DNA from: Octopus bimaculoides
Taxonomy: Eukaryota
NCBI RefSeq assembly: GCF_001194135.2
Contig: NC_068988.1
Span: 3,309,245-3,373,244, forward strand
DNA length: 64,000 bases
Reading direction: 5' to 3'
Part shown: positions 38,770 to 51,600 of the stretch, in pieces
Layout of the letters: every line of letters begins with the position of its first letter
Position numbering within the stretch: position 1 is the first letter of the stretch
Program-made: the position numbers and the translations under genes
Notes under the pieces: generated by a model
The model's database searches: none
What the model was told of the DNA's origin: nothing
What the model saw: the letters and a program-made list of their open reading frames with translations, nothing else

Positions 38770-40150
38770 AAGCCAAAACATGAAGAATATGAAGCTCCTT
38801 AGGACTGAGAAAGTCCCTAATTTCTGCTGAAGTACTTGATCACAACCCATGGACATGTGACTGCAGAGTGCAATGAACTGTTAACAGACCAGAATCAACA
38901 CCTGAATGGCTGCCGGAACAGAAAACAACATTAATCTCAAAAAACACAAACACTTAAAGCTTGTAACTTGCTTACAACATCATATAAAGTCCTTACATCT
39001 ATAATCTACAAAAGGTTGGTTACTCACCTAGAAAGCAATAATACATTTCCACAGGAGCAGAAAAGCTGTTAAAAAGGGCTGCAAAGAGCAAGAAAAACAG
39101 GAAAACAAATGTTAGCTTGGCTTGGATTGATTTACCAAAAAACATTTAATAAAACAGTATACAACATTCTTGAATGCTGGAAACTCTCTTCATTAATAAA
39201 ATAGCTTCAATATTATCAAGGAATATCAACCTGCTCACCACAAGGTCAAGTCCTTGTTGCAGTATGGTGGTTCGGATGCCTTAAAACCGACACTGTGAAC
39301 TTTGCCAGGGAAGCAAGAACTTCTGGGTATATCCCCCACACTGGATAATCGGGACCACTTGGAAAAGTAGGTTTGTTTAGGTAAAATAGGTTTAATAAGG
39401 GCCAACATCTCTACATAGAAAAGGCAAATTTATAGAAGTATTGATGACAGTTGAAAACTAATAAGCTCTTGGAGAACAGACAGGCTAGAGTCAAGAATAG
39501 AAGAGAAAATTCATCGATGGCCCACACTTGATAAACAGCAAAAGGTTTGAGTAAGCCATATACCACAAGAAGCATAGGTACATTCCCTTGCTCTTTTATC
39601 TTGTACAATCCCTCTGAACCAAAACCATCAATGGTCATAGATGCTACAGAAAAATTATGGACCATCTCCATTGTACAGATGATTTCAAATATAATTAGAA
39701 GGGATCATGTTCAGAGAAACTTATAAGATATTCTTCATAAATTCATCCAAGATATTAGCATGAATATAGGATTAGAGAAATATACTAACGGCAAGGCAAA
39801 TTAACTACAATTGGGAATATTTAATTAAACAGACACACTGAAAACAAAGGATCAGTACCAGTCATACATTATTTCAGGATGCCAAGTCTTTGGCAACGCT
39901 GAGAATATTCACAGGTATGGCTGGGTCAGAAGCTGCATTTACTGGGCAGCATGCCAAGACTGTGGTGTGAAACAGGCAAGAAGTTGTAAACATCCATCAA
40001 ACAATAACTTGAAACCTTCATTGATGTCATGCTTGTCCATATTGTCAAGGAGATAAAGGTAAACAGTACAGGTACAATTATCAAGGACTGGAATGAGGAT
40101 CACTACGATAGACATTTTAAATTCACAGAAACATTCACTGAAAGATGGAG
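38770..40150 (+). mobile_element. Decayed, internally deleted R4/Dong-clade non-LTR retrotransposon
   Basis: IIYKRLVTHLESNNTFPQEQKSC..GCKEQ (RT), then HIISGCQV..AENIHRY (zinc-knuckle/RHD region). Confidence 0.65.
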
Positions 40151-40417
40151 AAACTGTCAAAGTATGAGTTCAGAAGATGTAAAATAAGAAAGGTGTAGGT
40201 TATAACAGTACAAATGATAACTGGAGTACAAATACGGTGAAAGAAAATATGAACAAAAACCGTAAAAAGTATAACAGATTTGAGAGCTATAAAACCAGTC
40301 CCCTCTTATAATTTGTGAAAAGAGACCTTGTGAGGCCTTTATCAACAGGATGCTGTCCACTCTCACAGAATTAACCCGGCCAAGAAAGATCAAGAGCTCT
40401 GAGAAGTAAAATATACT

Positions 40418-40419
40418 GA

Positions 40420-40497
<78 letters not shown>
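40418..40497 (+). repeat. (TAG)n, about 26 units
   Basis: Read directly from the sequence. Confidence 0.95.
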
Positions 40498-40499
<2 letters not shown>

Positions 40500-40699
40500 A
40501 TTTTAAATTTTCAGTTTTATCTTTGAGACTTGATGTAACTGTGAAAAATTTAGATGAATGCTTGTCTCTGAGCCTTGTAGATCCCACAACCAAATATTTT
40601 TTCTAGCTAATGACCAATATTGGTTGATATTGTTTTGGTGTTGTGGACATGGTGAAACTCATGATTTAGGCAAAGTCTTAGGGAAGTAGACTTTTGATA

Positions 40700-41230
40700 G
40701 CAATGTTTTTATACTGTCTCTCTTTTCAATTCTTCAATATACTTGCTCTCTTTACCGACTTTTAAGACCGAGACAACGTTTTAGTTCTGTATGGATGTTA
40801 TGAAATATTTATGCTGAAGCTATGGGTTTAGCTTTGAAGTTCACATATGTGCATCTTCAAAGTAAGGGTTCCATACAGATATAAAGATGGTAACCATTAC
40901 AAATGAAAATGCAGATGCTACAGCTATCTTTTCCATTATTGCCATATCTCACCTTCCAGTTGAAAGTGAATCACATTTATCACAGTGTCAATGTTTCCTT
41001 CCCGTTGTGAGGTGGTCCTTTATTTATTCCATTGAGAGTTATTGTGATTTAACAGCCAAGTCTTTCCAGCTGATAAGGTAGCATCAGTTGGAAGCATCAC
41101 AACTAAAACAATCACTTTAAAACGTATTACCTGATGATATACAGTAGATATTTACTGAAACACTTCTGATGAAGGTACCAAAGTTTTAACGTAAGGGCTG
41201 AGGTTATCTATACAAGTATGAATTATCTTG
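40700..41230 (-). mobile_element. Decayed Penelope-like RT fragment
   Basis: NVIHFQLEGEIWQ followed, after a frameshift, by AVASAFSFVMVTIFI..YFE; this equals the YFQFEG.FY.Q..G.AMGSPLS..ANI.ME..E block. Confidence 0.5.
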
Positions 41231-41619
41231 CAAAACAAAAATAAATATGACCTCTACCTAGAAGTGAATGAGAAAGAAGCACACAATACAGGGGTCATTA
41301 TTTGATGCAACATTACATTAGTCGTCTGTAATGGGATTTCATGTCCCTTTAATAGGTCTTGTAGTTAAGTTATGTTTAAAGAAGATCTTTCTTCAACATT
41401 TTGGCATCGGTCATTTACACAGACAACAGCAGAAGAAGTGTTTAAAATCATTTCAATTTACCATGAACATCATCATTATCAGCAGCAGCATTTCATTATT
41501 GTCATCAATATTGTGACTGTAACCAAGGCGATGAGCTGGCAGAAACGTTAGCACTTGTACCATTTGTCAGCTGTTTTGATTTTATAATGCCGACACATTA
41601 TCCAAAGTAGATATTGACC

Positions 41620-42590
41620 AAGTCTGTCATGTCTTGATTTGTACTCTACAGGTGCTAAAAGATTATATCCAGAGATTGAGTGGTCCACTGTTTCTATCCC
41701 ATCATAGCAGCATCGTCACTTTGGGTCTATGCCGTTTTTCCTCACTTTGGCTTGATAGTTCTGGGTCAATAAGCTCTGATCTTGAGTAGCCAAGATAAAG
41801 CCTTCGCTCTCTGCCTTTAACCCTGAGCTCCGTAGCTACTGATGGGTGTGCTTCTGGTCCACATCAGCTTGTTTGCTATGGGCCACATATTCGCCATGCA
41901 GAGGTTTTTGTTCCAACATATCAGACAATTGTTCAATTGCATTTTGCTCTGCTATTGATTTCACCTTCTTTGCAACTGCAGTTGCTGCACTTCTCTCATG
42001 CTGTTTAACCTGGATATTATGCATAAACTCACTTGAAAATTTTTTGCTTTCCTTCATGACAGAATGAAGCTTCTTATGTCTTTCATGGTTTTCAACCAGC
42101 TTTAGCATCCAGTCGCTAGAGGTTTCAAGATATTTTGCCAGTCCAATTCTGGTGGTTTTGTAGGAGATTTCAAATTGGATCAAGCCTCAACCTCCTTGAG
42201 CTCTGGGAAGGTAAAGATGATCTGTGTCTGCCTTTGCGTGGTGCATCTTATTGCAAGTCAGCATCTTACTGATTTTCCTGTCACTCTCCCTTATTTCGCA
42301 CATATTTCAGTTCAACACATTGAAACTGTAAATAACAATAGAAACTGCTAAGGAATATATTGCTAACACCTTGTTACAGGCATTTAACTCAGATTTTAGG
42401 ACTGCTCAAATTCTCCCGTAACACTCTTTCCTGATCTTCTCTTTCATACTTGCATGCTGAATGCCAGAGCCTTCATTTATTCCAAGGCATTTGTGAGTTT
42501 CTTCCTGCTCAAGTTCTTTTATGACTGTGTCAACATGTAACACTGCTGAATGTGAAGTCTTCAATTTCACTTTCTGGAAAGTTGGCTTGG
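41620..42590 (-). mobile_element. R4/Dong-clade non-LTR retrotransposon fragment (RT C-terminus to RHD motif)
   Basis: IKELEQEETHKCLGINEGSGIQHASMKEKIRKECY; KPLHGEY; LRSSGLKAESEGFILATQDQSL; VEYKSRHDRLGQY. Confidence 0.85.
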
Positions 42591-42594
42591 CACT

Positions 42595-42664
42595 TATTAT
42601 TATAATTATCATAATAATAATAATAATAAGAAGAAGAAGAATAATAATAATAATAATAATAATA

Positions 42665-42700
<36 letters not shown>
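42595..42700. repeat. Head-to-head (AAT)n/(ATT)n palindromic microsatellite with a short (AAG)n insert
   Basis: Read directly from the sequence. Confidence 0.85.
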
Positions 42701-42703
<3 letters not shown>

Positions 42704-44039
42704 TGTAACCTTATAAACACTATCGTCATCAGTTGCATTTTATTTCATTATGAATATTAATGTCATTATTTTACACTCATTAATTACTAGAATACAACAA
42801 TATCCCATGCACTGCTCCAGGAGCTGCTACAGAGTCACCTAATCTTTTCAAAATAGCAGCCAATCATCTTAGATAATATGGCCCTGGGTTCTCTGGATAT
42901 AGGAAAAAAGCAGGATGACCATGGCTGGAATGTCTTGAATTACAGTTGTGTTTAATCAGGGCTGAGCAGGTGTTGAACAACAATTAGAAACCATTTCACA
43001 CTTTATCATCAATGAAATCGAGGATGACTTCATGTGACATCGGTACCTCAAAGGTACAAACCAAAACTTCATCTGTTTCTACATTTCAAGTCTCTTGTAT
43101 TAGTATTTCTTACTGAGAGTTTTGATATTCTAAATATAAATGTATTTAATAATTATGTGAAATACACCTGGGCTTTCTCTAATGTTTCACATGAATAGCA
43201 TTCTAATGTAAAAACAGAAAAAGAACCAAACACATTAACCATCATTTACTAAATTATTATGCGATTCTTTTATAGGACTAAAAGAAGACAAGGAAGACAA
43301 AAAAAAAAAGAAAAACTAGAAATTAGAAGTAGAAAATTATATATTAAGAAAACGTTAAAATCTATTGGGGATGTTTAAAGTTTCCAAGCAATATTTATTT
43401 ACTTGATGAACATGTTAAGATAGAAGAATTAATACAAATGGTATCTAATTTGTAGATAAGGGGAAATACATTAACAGAGAATTGTTGGTTTTTAAGGAAA
43501 AAACAAAAAAAAAAGACAAATAAATAACAAATGTTGAATTAACAAGAAATGAATTTGTAAAATTCTTCCAGTAGTAAATAGAAGACAATATGAAGTATAT
43601 TAACATTTAACAGAATCTTGCAGTACCCTCATGGCAATTGAAAATGTAAGTCATGTGTAATGTATTTTGAATATATCAAAATGGGTTACACTTATGATAT
43701 TAGAGTATCAAATTGGATGTTTTCTTTCTCTCTTTTTACAAGCATAGAAAGTATGTTCCCATGCTTTAGATTAAAGGATCCGTCAGTTGTTAGACAAGAG
43801 AGATTATAAATTATTTTGAGGTTGCCATCACTGGAAGATCAGAGGCTTATTTGCCTATAATATTATGGGCAGGTACTGTAACAGGGTGTCACTGTACCTG
43901 TCATTACTTGGTGATTTCTTACTCCTGGCAGATAATGTCTTTGTACCACTCAGGCAACAACCCTCCAGCCCTTGAGCCTGTTTTGTTTTGACAGCTGCTG
44001 TTAGTGGGAGTTTTTAAGAGGCTGCAGTGCAAATCCTGC

Positions 44040-44230
44040 CCCAATTTCTTTTATGCTTGACAACTAGCGTTGGTGTGTTTACATCCCCATAACTTAGCAG
44101 TTTGGCTAAACAGACCGATAGAATGAGTACTAAGGCTTACAGAGAATAAGTCTTGGGGTCAATTTGTTCGACTAAAAGCAGTGCTCCAGCATGTTCGCAG
44201 TCAAATGACTGAAACAAGTAAAAGATTAAG
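44040..44230 (+). mobile_element. SINE family B 3' half
   Basis: tgcttgacaact..gttggtgtgtttacatccccataacttagcagttt...gtgctccagcatg...atgactgaaacaagtaaaag. Confidence 0.8.
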
Positions 44231-46311
44231 CAAGTATATATGTGTGTTAAATAGATACATACATTTGCATGTATACATCTATTCAGTCATATATCAATGT
44301 ATATACTTATAGGCATACAGATACACATATAACAGTTATGACACTGTGGTGCCAACAACAACATAAACAGAGAACTCAATATGATTTGTAGAGTCACATA
44401 TTTATTCAGACAGAATAAAGAATATTATGACAATAGTTTCTCTATTCATTTCTTCACATTGTATGACCTTCTTGTTCTAAGATTCCTTCAACAAGAAGAC
44501 TGTAGGAACGTTTTTTCTTTTTATCTAATAATTGGTAAATATGACTTCTTCAGCTCTCGTGTTATTTACATGCACAGAAATCAATCTCGTTAGTTTACCG
44601 TCGAGTCATTCATACTTTCTTATGGATCATTGTGTGGAGAGGAACAAGAAGATGGGGTGGGGGAGGAACGAGTTGGTTAAGTTGTAATTAGAGAGGAATG
44701 AGCTAAACGTAATAACGAGTGTTGTGTATGCAACAATCAGTTTAAATAAAGACTAAAGACAACTGACTTGATTAGGAAGAGATTGAACATAAAACTCATT
44801 GATAAATATGTACCGAAAACATCTGTGCTGCAGTGTGGATGGAGTATATAACATGGTCAGATCATACACACAACATATCGAATTTCCTCTGTTTAGACAT
44901 GGAAGATAAAGAGAATGCACTAAATGTAGGAAGATTTATAACGTTGTGAATGGATCCCAATATTTCTTCTTAATTTCGATGATCTATCAGGGCAAAATAC
45001 TGTGACAAATAAATATTTGCTCAGTGACTGTGTATAGTGACAACATTGTCACATATAAACCTGAAATTTCAAGATGAATATGGAGAAATATTTAATGAAT
45101 GGTATAAATGTGAATTTCTTTTCATCTTCGGAGTGGCTCATATTGGAATAAATTTAGTCGTTTACCAGCACAAGTTCCTGGATTATATCTGTTTTGAATA
45201 AGAATATTTAATTTACTTTTATGTTCATAAACTGATTATTTTTGGAGGCAGTCTGGCTCAGCTGATGTAACCGTGGACTATCAGTTCAAGAGTTCAACAC
45301 TTGAGACCATTCCAATGCAACATTAAGTAAGACAAATATTATGTGCACCTAAGGTTACCTGGGAGCCTAAACTCAGAAAGTTAACTCTTAGAATTTGCAA
45401 GCTTTACCAATTAGCTGTAGAACTGTAAAGTTATAGACAATCAATTTATGCAGGAATTAATTCATCATAAAGTTGCTGGGAACAAAATACTCAAAATTAA
45501 ACACAAATTGTTTGAATACATGAAACCCATGGTAACAGTTAATGCTTTAATTTTCTCTTATTATTTTTTCATTTGAGTTCTAATTGCACCCAATTTGTAT
45601 ATTAATTGCACATTGTTTACAGAGAGCATTGTTGAGATCAGGTGTAAGAATGTTGAGCCTCACAGCTTGTTATGAAAAAGAATTAAGATATTAGAAATGA
45701 TGGCGTAACAGGAAAGTGAATCTGTAGAACTGAAGAAAGCAGGGTAAAATGGAGATTAAAATGAAGATGAAACAAACTGTTACTCACACACATGCATGCA
45801 TTCATGCAAACACATGCATTCATATTGTATGCATCCATAAGTAGAAAGCATAAGAGAGATTGATATATAGTTGTAATATATACCGTTTCAATTACACGGC
45901 AAGCTAGTTGAATTGTTAGCATACTGGACAGGATGTTTGGTGCCATTTTGTTTGTTTTGATGTACTGAGTGCAAATTCTGTTGAGGCCAACCATGTCTTT
46001 CATCCTTTTGGGTTGGCAAAATAAGTACTTGCTGAGAACTGAGGGTGATGTAATCAACTTAGCCCCACTCTAAATTGCTGACCTTGTGCCAAAATCTGAA
46101 GCCAATATATAGTTGCAATGAAAGTGTGTCAGATCTTTATATTCTCTAAAAGGAAAATTTCAGGTCATATCATTGCAGATTTCCACTTAGCTAAGTTCCA
46201 TACAGACAAAAAATAGATTCCGTATGAGTTGAGTCTGTATGAGAGAAACTATGAGAAATTAAAGTATGGATCAAATTCCCATCAGTGGCCATATACATGT
46301 ACACAGACACC

Positions 46312-46352
<41 letters not shown>

Positions 46353-46745
46353 ACACACATAATTTCCCCATGTCTGGCGAGAATAAATGAGCAATGAAGT
46401 CTCATGTGTTGTATGTCATGCAGCTATTTTGAGGCAAAAAGCTTTGCACTGCCTTTGTATGTTTAATTTGGAAAGGTAAATCCGAAATATCCCTGTGATG
46501 CAATGCTTAACACGTTCACATAATTGGCAAATGATAGAAGCTTCATCTCATCTCAAAGAAATTCTTGACTTCTTTCCTCTTAAATTGTTCTTCCCAAATG
46601 TAGGACATTTTATAACATTTATATTTATAGAAACACACTTCTTAATATAATTAATACACTGTGAACATACATAAACACATACTCACATGTATGTATACAT
46701 AAATGCATGTGCATATATACATACATGCATACATACATACATATG

Positions 46746-46781
<36 letters not shown>

Positions 46782-47201
46782 ATGTATGTATATATATTTA
46801 TATATATATATGTATATCTATATGTGTGTCTGTGTGTATGTATATGTATACACAGATATGTGTGCATATGTATGTATGTCTATATGCATATACAAACATA
46901 GTTAGACATAGTTATGAGTATGTGTATATTAAGAAGGTATTGAGTAATAAATCAATAAATCTAGCCTGTTAGAGCATTCAATACAATGAACCAGTTGAGA
47001 CAGTCAGTGATTGACTTTGTAGACAAAGATGGGGGACAATAGATGGCAACATTGAGAAGGGAAAAAGGTTGGGCGAAAACTAATTAAAAGAAATTAGTCT
47101 TAGTGAATACAATAACAGACAGCTGCAGTGTAATATAATAGGCAAACTGTTTTAAACTCTTTGGGAAGATGGTTGATGGAAGTGGGGTGTCGTTGTTATG
47201 A

Positions 47202-47254
<53 letters not shown>

Positions 47255-47544
47255 TATTGGTGGGGGGGGTGTATGATGCCATGATGTTGCCTCTTCATCA
47301 TTATCAATGTTACAAAGAATATTTCCAATATTAACATCAAAACTCAGAAGCAATGACAGCATTGTTACATCACTGCTGGGGCTATTTCCAAGCCTTCTGA
47401 AACCATAGATATATATATGTCTATGTGTGTGTGTGTGTGTGTGATAAAGAGAGAGTGAGAGGGAGAGAGAGAGGGTGAGAGAGAAGGAGATGGGGAGAAA
47501 GAAGGAGAGGGGGAGAGAGAAGGAGAGGGTGAGAGAGAGAGGTA

Positions 47545-47770
47545 GAATTTTAACCAAAGAACTCTAAAATCCAAGACCCTCCCCCCGCCTTCCTTAATTT
47601 ATCTTGTTCAGTATTCTAAGAACTTCACCAATCTTGCACCTGACATTTGTAATTTATTAATCCCTGAAGGCCTGAAAGGTAAGGTTGAGCTGGGTGGGAT
47701 TCGAACTCTGAATGAAACAAATATTGCCAGACATTACAGCAGACATTCTAATCTCTGCCAATTCAGTGCT
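47545..47770 (-). mobile_element. SINE family A (a + strand copy also lies at ~45900-46110)
   Basis: cctgaaaggtaaggttgagc...gattcgaactc...ctctgccaattc. Confidence 0.6.
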
Positions 47771-48329
47771 GTAGTCCTCCTCTTCCTCCTTCTACTACCA
47801 CCACCACCACAACAACAACAACTATTACCACTACTACTACAACTACAACTACTACTACTACTACTACTACTACCACTACCACTACCACAACTATTACTAC
47901 TACTGCTGCTGCTATCATCACCACCACTGTCAACACCGACACCACCACCACTGCTGTTGCTGTTATTGTTCCTCCTCCTCCTCCTCCTCCANNNNNNNNN
48001 NNNNNNNNNNNNNNNNNNNNNNNNNNNNNNNNNNNNNNNNNNNNNNNNNNNNNNNNNNNNNNNNNNNNNNNNNNNNNNNNNNNNNNNNNNNNNNNNNNNN
48101 NNNNNNNNNNNNNNNNNNNNNNNNNNNNNNNNNNNNNNNNNNNNNNNNNNNNNNNNNNNNNNNNNNNNNNNNNNNNNNNNNNNNNNNNNNNNNNNNNNNN
48201 NNNTCCTACTACTACTACTACTACTACCACTACCACCACCACCAAAACACTAAATGGCAGGATTTTAACTCGGTGTGCAGGTCGGTGGTTGAAACAAATA
48301 TTGTTCCGTCAATCTATCTGATGCTTTCA

Positions 48330-48640
48330 CAAGAGGACCAATTCACTGCTGATGTACTTCTAATACTATTGAGTGCATTCGATTCCCAGACTGGGCTGTG
48401 TGTTGTGTTCTTGAGCAAGACACTTTATTTTGCATTGCTCCAGTTCACTCAGCTGTAGAGAGGAGTTGTGACGTCACTGGTACCAAGTCTTTCCCTTGGA
48501 TAACATCAATGGCATGGATAGGGGGAGGCCGGTATGCATGGGTGACTGCTGGTCTTCCATAAACAACCTTACCCAGACTTGTGCCTTGGTGGGGAACTTT
48601 CTTGGTGCCATCCCCTGGTCACTCATGATCGGAAGGGATC
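48330..48640 (+). mobile_element. SINE of a further family (tRNA-like head, ttgagcaagacacttta core)
   Basis: gcattcgattcccag...gtgttcttgagcaagacactttatttt...gctccagttcactcagctgta. Confidence 0.55.
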
Positions 48641-49384
48641 TTTACCCTTCTTCTACATGCATCCATCCATCCATCCATCCACACATCCATCTATATATAC
48701 TGTCAAAATTTATAAAAATTTCCATAAGTTTAGCATTGAGTATATATGTGCATGTCTAGACATGCAAGAAACATAAAATGAAACCTGTACGTGCATTAAT
48801 CCCAAATATTGCACACATACACACAAACATGCACAAATATCCAGCTGATGTTGAAATTCCAATGAAAGATTCTTGGATTTAGGTTAGAAACCAACTCTTT
48901 CTTTTATTGGCAAGAAGTCTTGAAATTAAACTGAATAATAACAGACATGCATGCATGCAGGCTTACATAATTTCTTTGTGGATGACCTTAAGGTTGATGC
49001 TAAAAATGTTAACAGTGCCAAAAAACAAATGGAAGTAATAACATTTTCAGTTGACATAGGAATGGAATCTGGTCAGAAGTAATGTTCCTATTTAATTGTT
49101 GAATTGGGAAAACCAGGCTCCCAGAGACAAGACGTGTGTATCGATGGTCTCACTGTGTCTCCACTCACACACAAAGACTGCTACAAGTACCTTGGCAATG
49201 GTGAAAATATATCCTACCAAGATACTGTGAATAAAGATAAAGTGATCCAAGAATATTACACCAGACTAAGAAAAATATGGCAGTCCGAACTCTCCTCTTA
49301 CAACAAGACAATATCCCACAATGCATTTGCAATACCGATACTGATTCCAACATTTGAGATACTTAACTGGTCTATAGATTAATC

Positions 49385-49575
49385 GCTGACCAAACACCAT
49401 TCAATTTTTTTTTCTCCGTGTTTTTCTCCTTGTTTTCTCCATATTCTTTCTGTTGAAGAGCGTAGCTCAAAACGTTAAAGACTTTCTGTATTCCCGAGCA
49501 TCAAACTAATACATCCTTTTGTTGTTTACACCACCTGTCCTCGTCTGTTGTTGTTTTTTTTCGTACATTCTCCCA
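49385..49575 (+). mobile_element. ~190-bp hammerhead-bearing repeat inserted into the R4 element
   Basis: Homologous to ~145-330. Flanked by ctatagattaatc (49372-49384) and ctatagaataaatc (49576-49589); R4 homology resumes after the insertion. Confidence 0.75.
49445..49481 (+). ncRNA. Degenerate copy of the CUGUUGA hammerhead motif (G12 to A, triplet GUU)
   Basis: UCUUU-CUGUUGA-A-GAGC(GUA)GCUC-AAAA-CG-UU-AAAGA. Confidence 0.55.
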
Positions 49576-51282
49576 CCTATAGAATAAATCTACTCCATAG
49601 ACATTAAAACCCACAAGATTCTAACATCAACTGGAAATCTCTGCAAAAATAGGGATATCAACAAGCTTTGGCTAAGAAGAGATAAAGGAGGGATCCAGTG
49701 TAGGCAGCCTTTGAATGTCTCATAGTCTCTCTCTCTCAGACATCACTTGCTAAAAGAACAGCAGGAAAAATAAATACATTAACTTAGCATTGAAAAGTGA
49801 GAAACAGATAATATCTTATGTGTTGGAAGTGAGTTCCTCAGGAAGTGCACTCTTCCAGATGACCTCCCATACATCCCCAAATAGGTGGACAAGCATTCTT
49901 CAAAGAAGAGCTGGAAGTGAAACACTCAGCATACCAAAAAAGAGACTATGCATGAGTATGTTTCATGTAGACTTGAAGTGAAGCCTCACTTGAACTCCTG
50001 ACCTCTACATCACACTTTGAAGGCTACGCATTTGCAATCCAAGAACAGGAGATTGCTACTAAATATCTGATCAACAAAGGAGACAGTGTAGCTCTTGGAG
50101 TTCCAAGATGCAACTGTAAATGTAGATTGTGTCATATTTCTGTGGAAGACATCACACATGTGATTAGCGGCAGCTGCACAAAAATGTCACCAAAGTACTA
50201 CCTCTTTCTGTGACATGATGTTGTTGCAAAAACGATATACAATGCCATTCAGAAAAGAGACTGTTCTGGAATAAGTACAGAGAATCCCTCTGTCATTGAA
50301 TATCAGCACAAGGAATACTAAAGAAACATTCCCATCAAAAAAATCCATCAAGTGTAAGCAAAACAGGCTGGATATTGTTGTTTGAGACAGACAAGAAAAA
50401 GTATGTAGCATTTTAGAGGTCAGCTGTCCTGCTGATGTGAATATCTTTGAAAAATCAAAGAGAAAGAAGATAACTGTGAGCATCTGCTTCGAAACCTCCA
50501 GCTTCCATATCTGGATTACAAGTTTACATTTAGACCCATTATAATTGAAACACTAGGTTTTGTAAGTAAATGCCTAACTCTCAGTCTGGATAAGCTAGGA
50601 TTTCCAGAAAAAGAAATCAACCAACAGATTCACACATCACAAATACAATCTGTAAGCGGAACAGTAAAAATACGCAAGACTTTTGTTAGGCTTAAAATGT
50701 GACATTGTTTTCATGATCTACATTCCAATGATAGAACTTTGTATCTTTGTTAGAAGCCAGCTCCTTATTCAGAGGAAGAATTCAAATGATTAAATACAGA
50801 AGAAACTTACATATAAGCAATATTTGTTAAGTGTCTGCATTTTGGTTCAAGTTAAATATATCCATTTATTAATTCAAAAATGTATTGAAAACCTATTGAA
50901 AAATGTTTGTGCAAAACGCCTTCATTATATTCCAAATAACACATTTAATTTTGAAATTATTCTATTTCAAAGAATTTAATTCAGCTGAGTAACTTTGTAT
51001 ATTTAATAGAGCTTTTGTTGAAGAAGTATCAATTTTGATGAGACTTATCATTATTATTAATGATAAATATTATTGTCCAGGTAATGACAAGTTAACCTCT
51101 AATAGATTTCTTGAAAAATGGAAAATTATTAGCTCCTTAGATTTAATTTTCAAATAAAATTAACATTAATGAATTTGAGTTCTCCGTATATTATATACAG
51201 GCATTTTAAACTAAAAACCACCACTACCATCATCATCATCATTATTTAACATCCATTTTCCATGCCAATATGTGTTGAATTA

Positions 51283-51325
<43 letters not shown>

Positions 51326-51326
51326 A

Positions 51327-51357
<31 letters not shown>

Positions 51358-51439
51358 GGGGCCATCCCATAAATAATGCAGTTTTTTTTATACTTCTTAT
51401 ATTTTTCAGAATGAAGATAAACAATGTTCTTTTTCAATC

Positions 51440-51600
51440 CAAAATATACTCTCCTTCATTCTCTACATTGCTCTTCCATCTATCTGGTAGACTTGCACGG
51501 CCCCTCTTCCAAAATTCACTTGTCCCTGATGAAAAATACTCCTCCAGTACTATTCTGACCTTGCCTACAGAATCCATATTTTCTCCGTCCAAATGATTTT
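51440..51600 (-). mobile_element. RTE-clade LINE 3' coding fragment
   Basis: HLDGENMDSVGKVRIVLE...KRGRASLPDRWKSNV matches GH..R...LE...G.R.RGRP...W.D. Confidence 0.5.

Larger units (their letters stand above)
48930..50720 (+). mobile_element. R4/Dong-clade non-LTR retrotransposon, 3' ~1.6 kb with zinc knuckle and restriction-like endonuclease, pseudogenised
   Basis: YKYLG.GENISY...VIQEYYTRLRKIWQSELSSYNK..SHNAFAIPIL; FAIQEQEIATKYL; CKCRLCHISVEDITHVISGSC; NRLDIVV*DRQEKVCSILEVSCPADVNI (PD..D/ExK-type). Confidence 0.9.

Noticed and set aside
41155-41195. Additional hammerhead-like strings (CUGAUGAAGGUACCAAAG here; CUGAAGAGAUC...GAUA at ~26405; UGACGAA...GGAAAC at ~9370)
   Set aside because: GAAA and/or helices I and III are missing; too degenerate to support.
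43614-43645. + strand micro-exon (cag|...ESCSTLMAIEN|gtaagt)
   Set aside because: The splice signals are good, but it is 32 nt with no partner exon established; such matches are expected by chance in AT-rich DNA.
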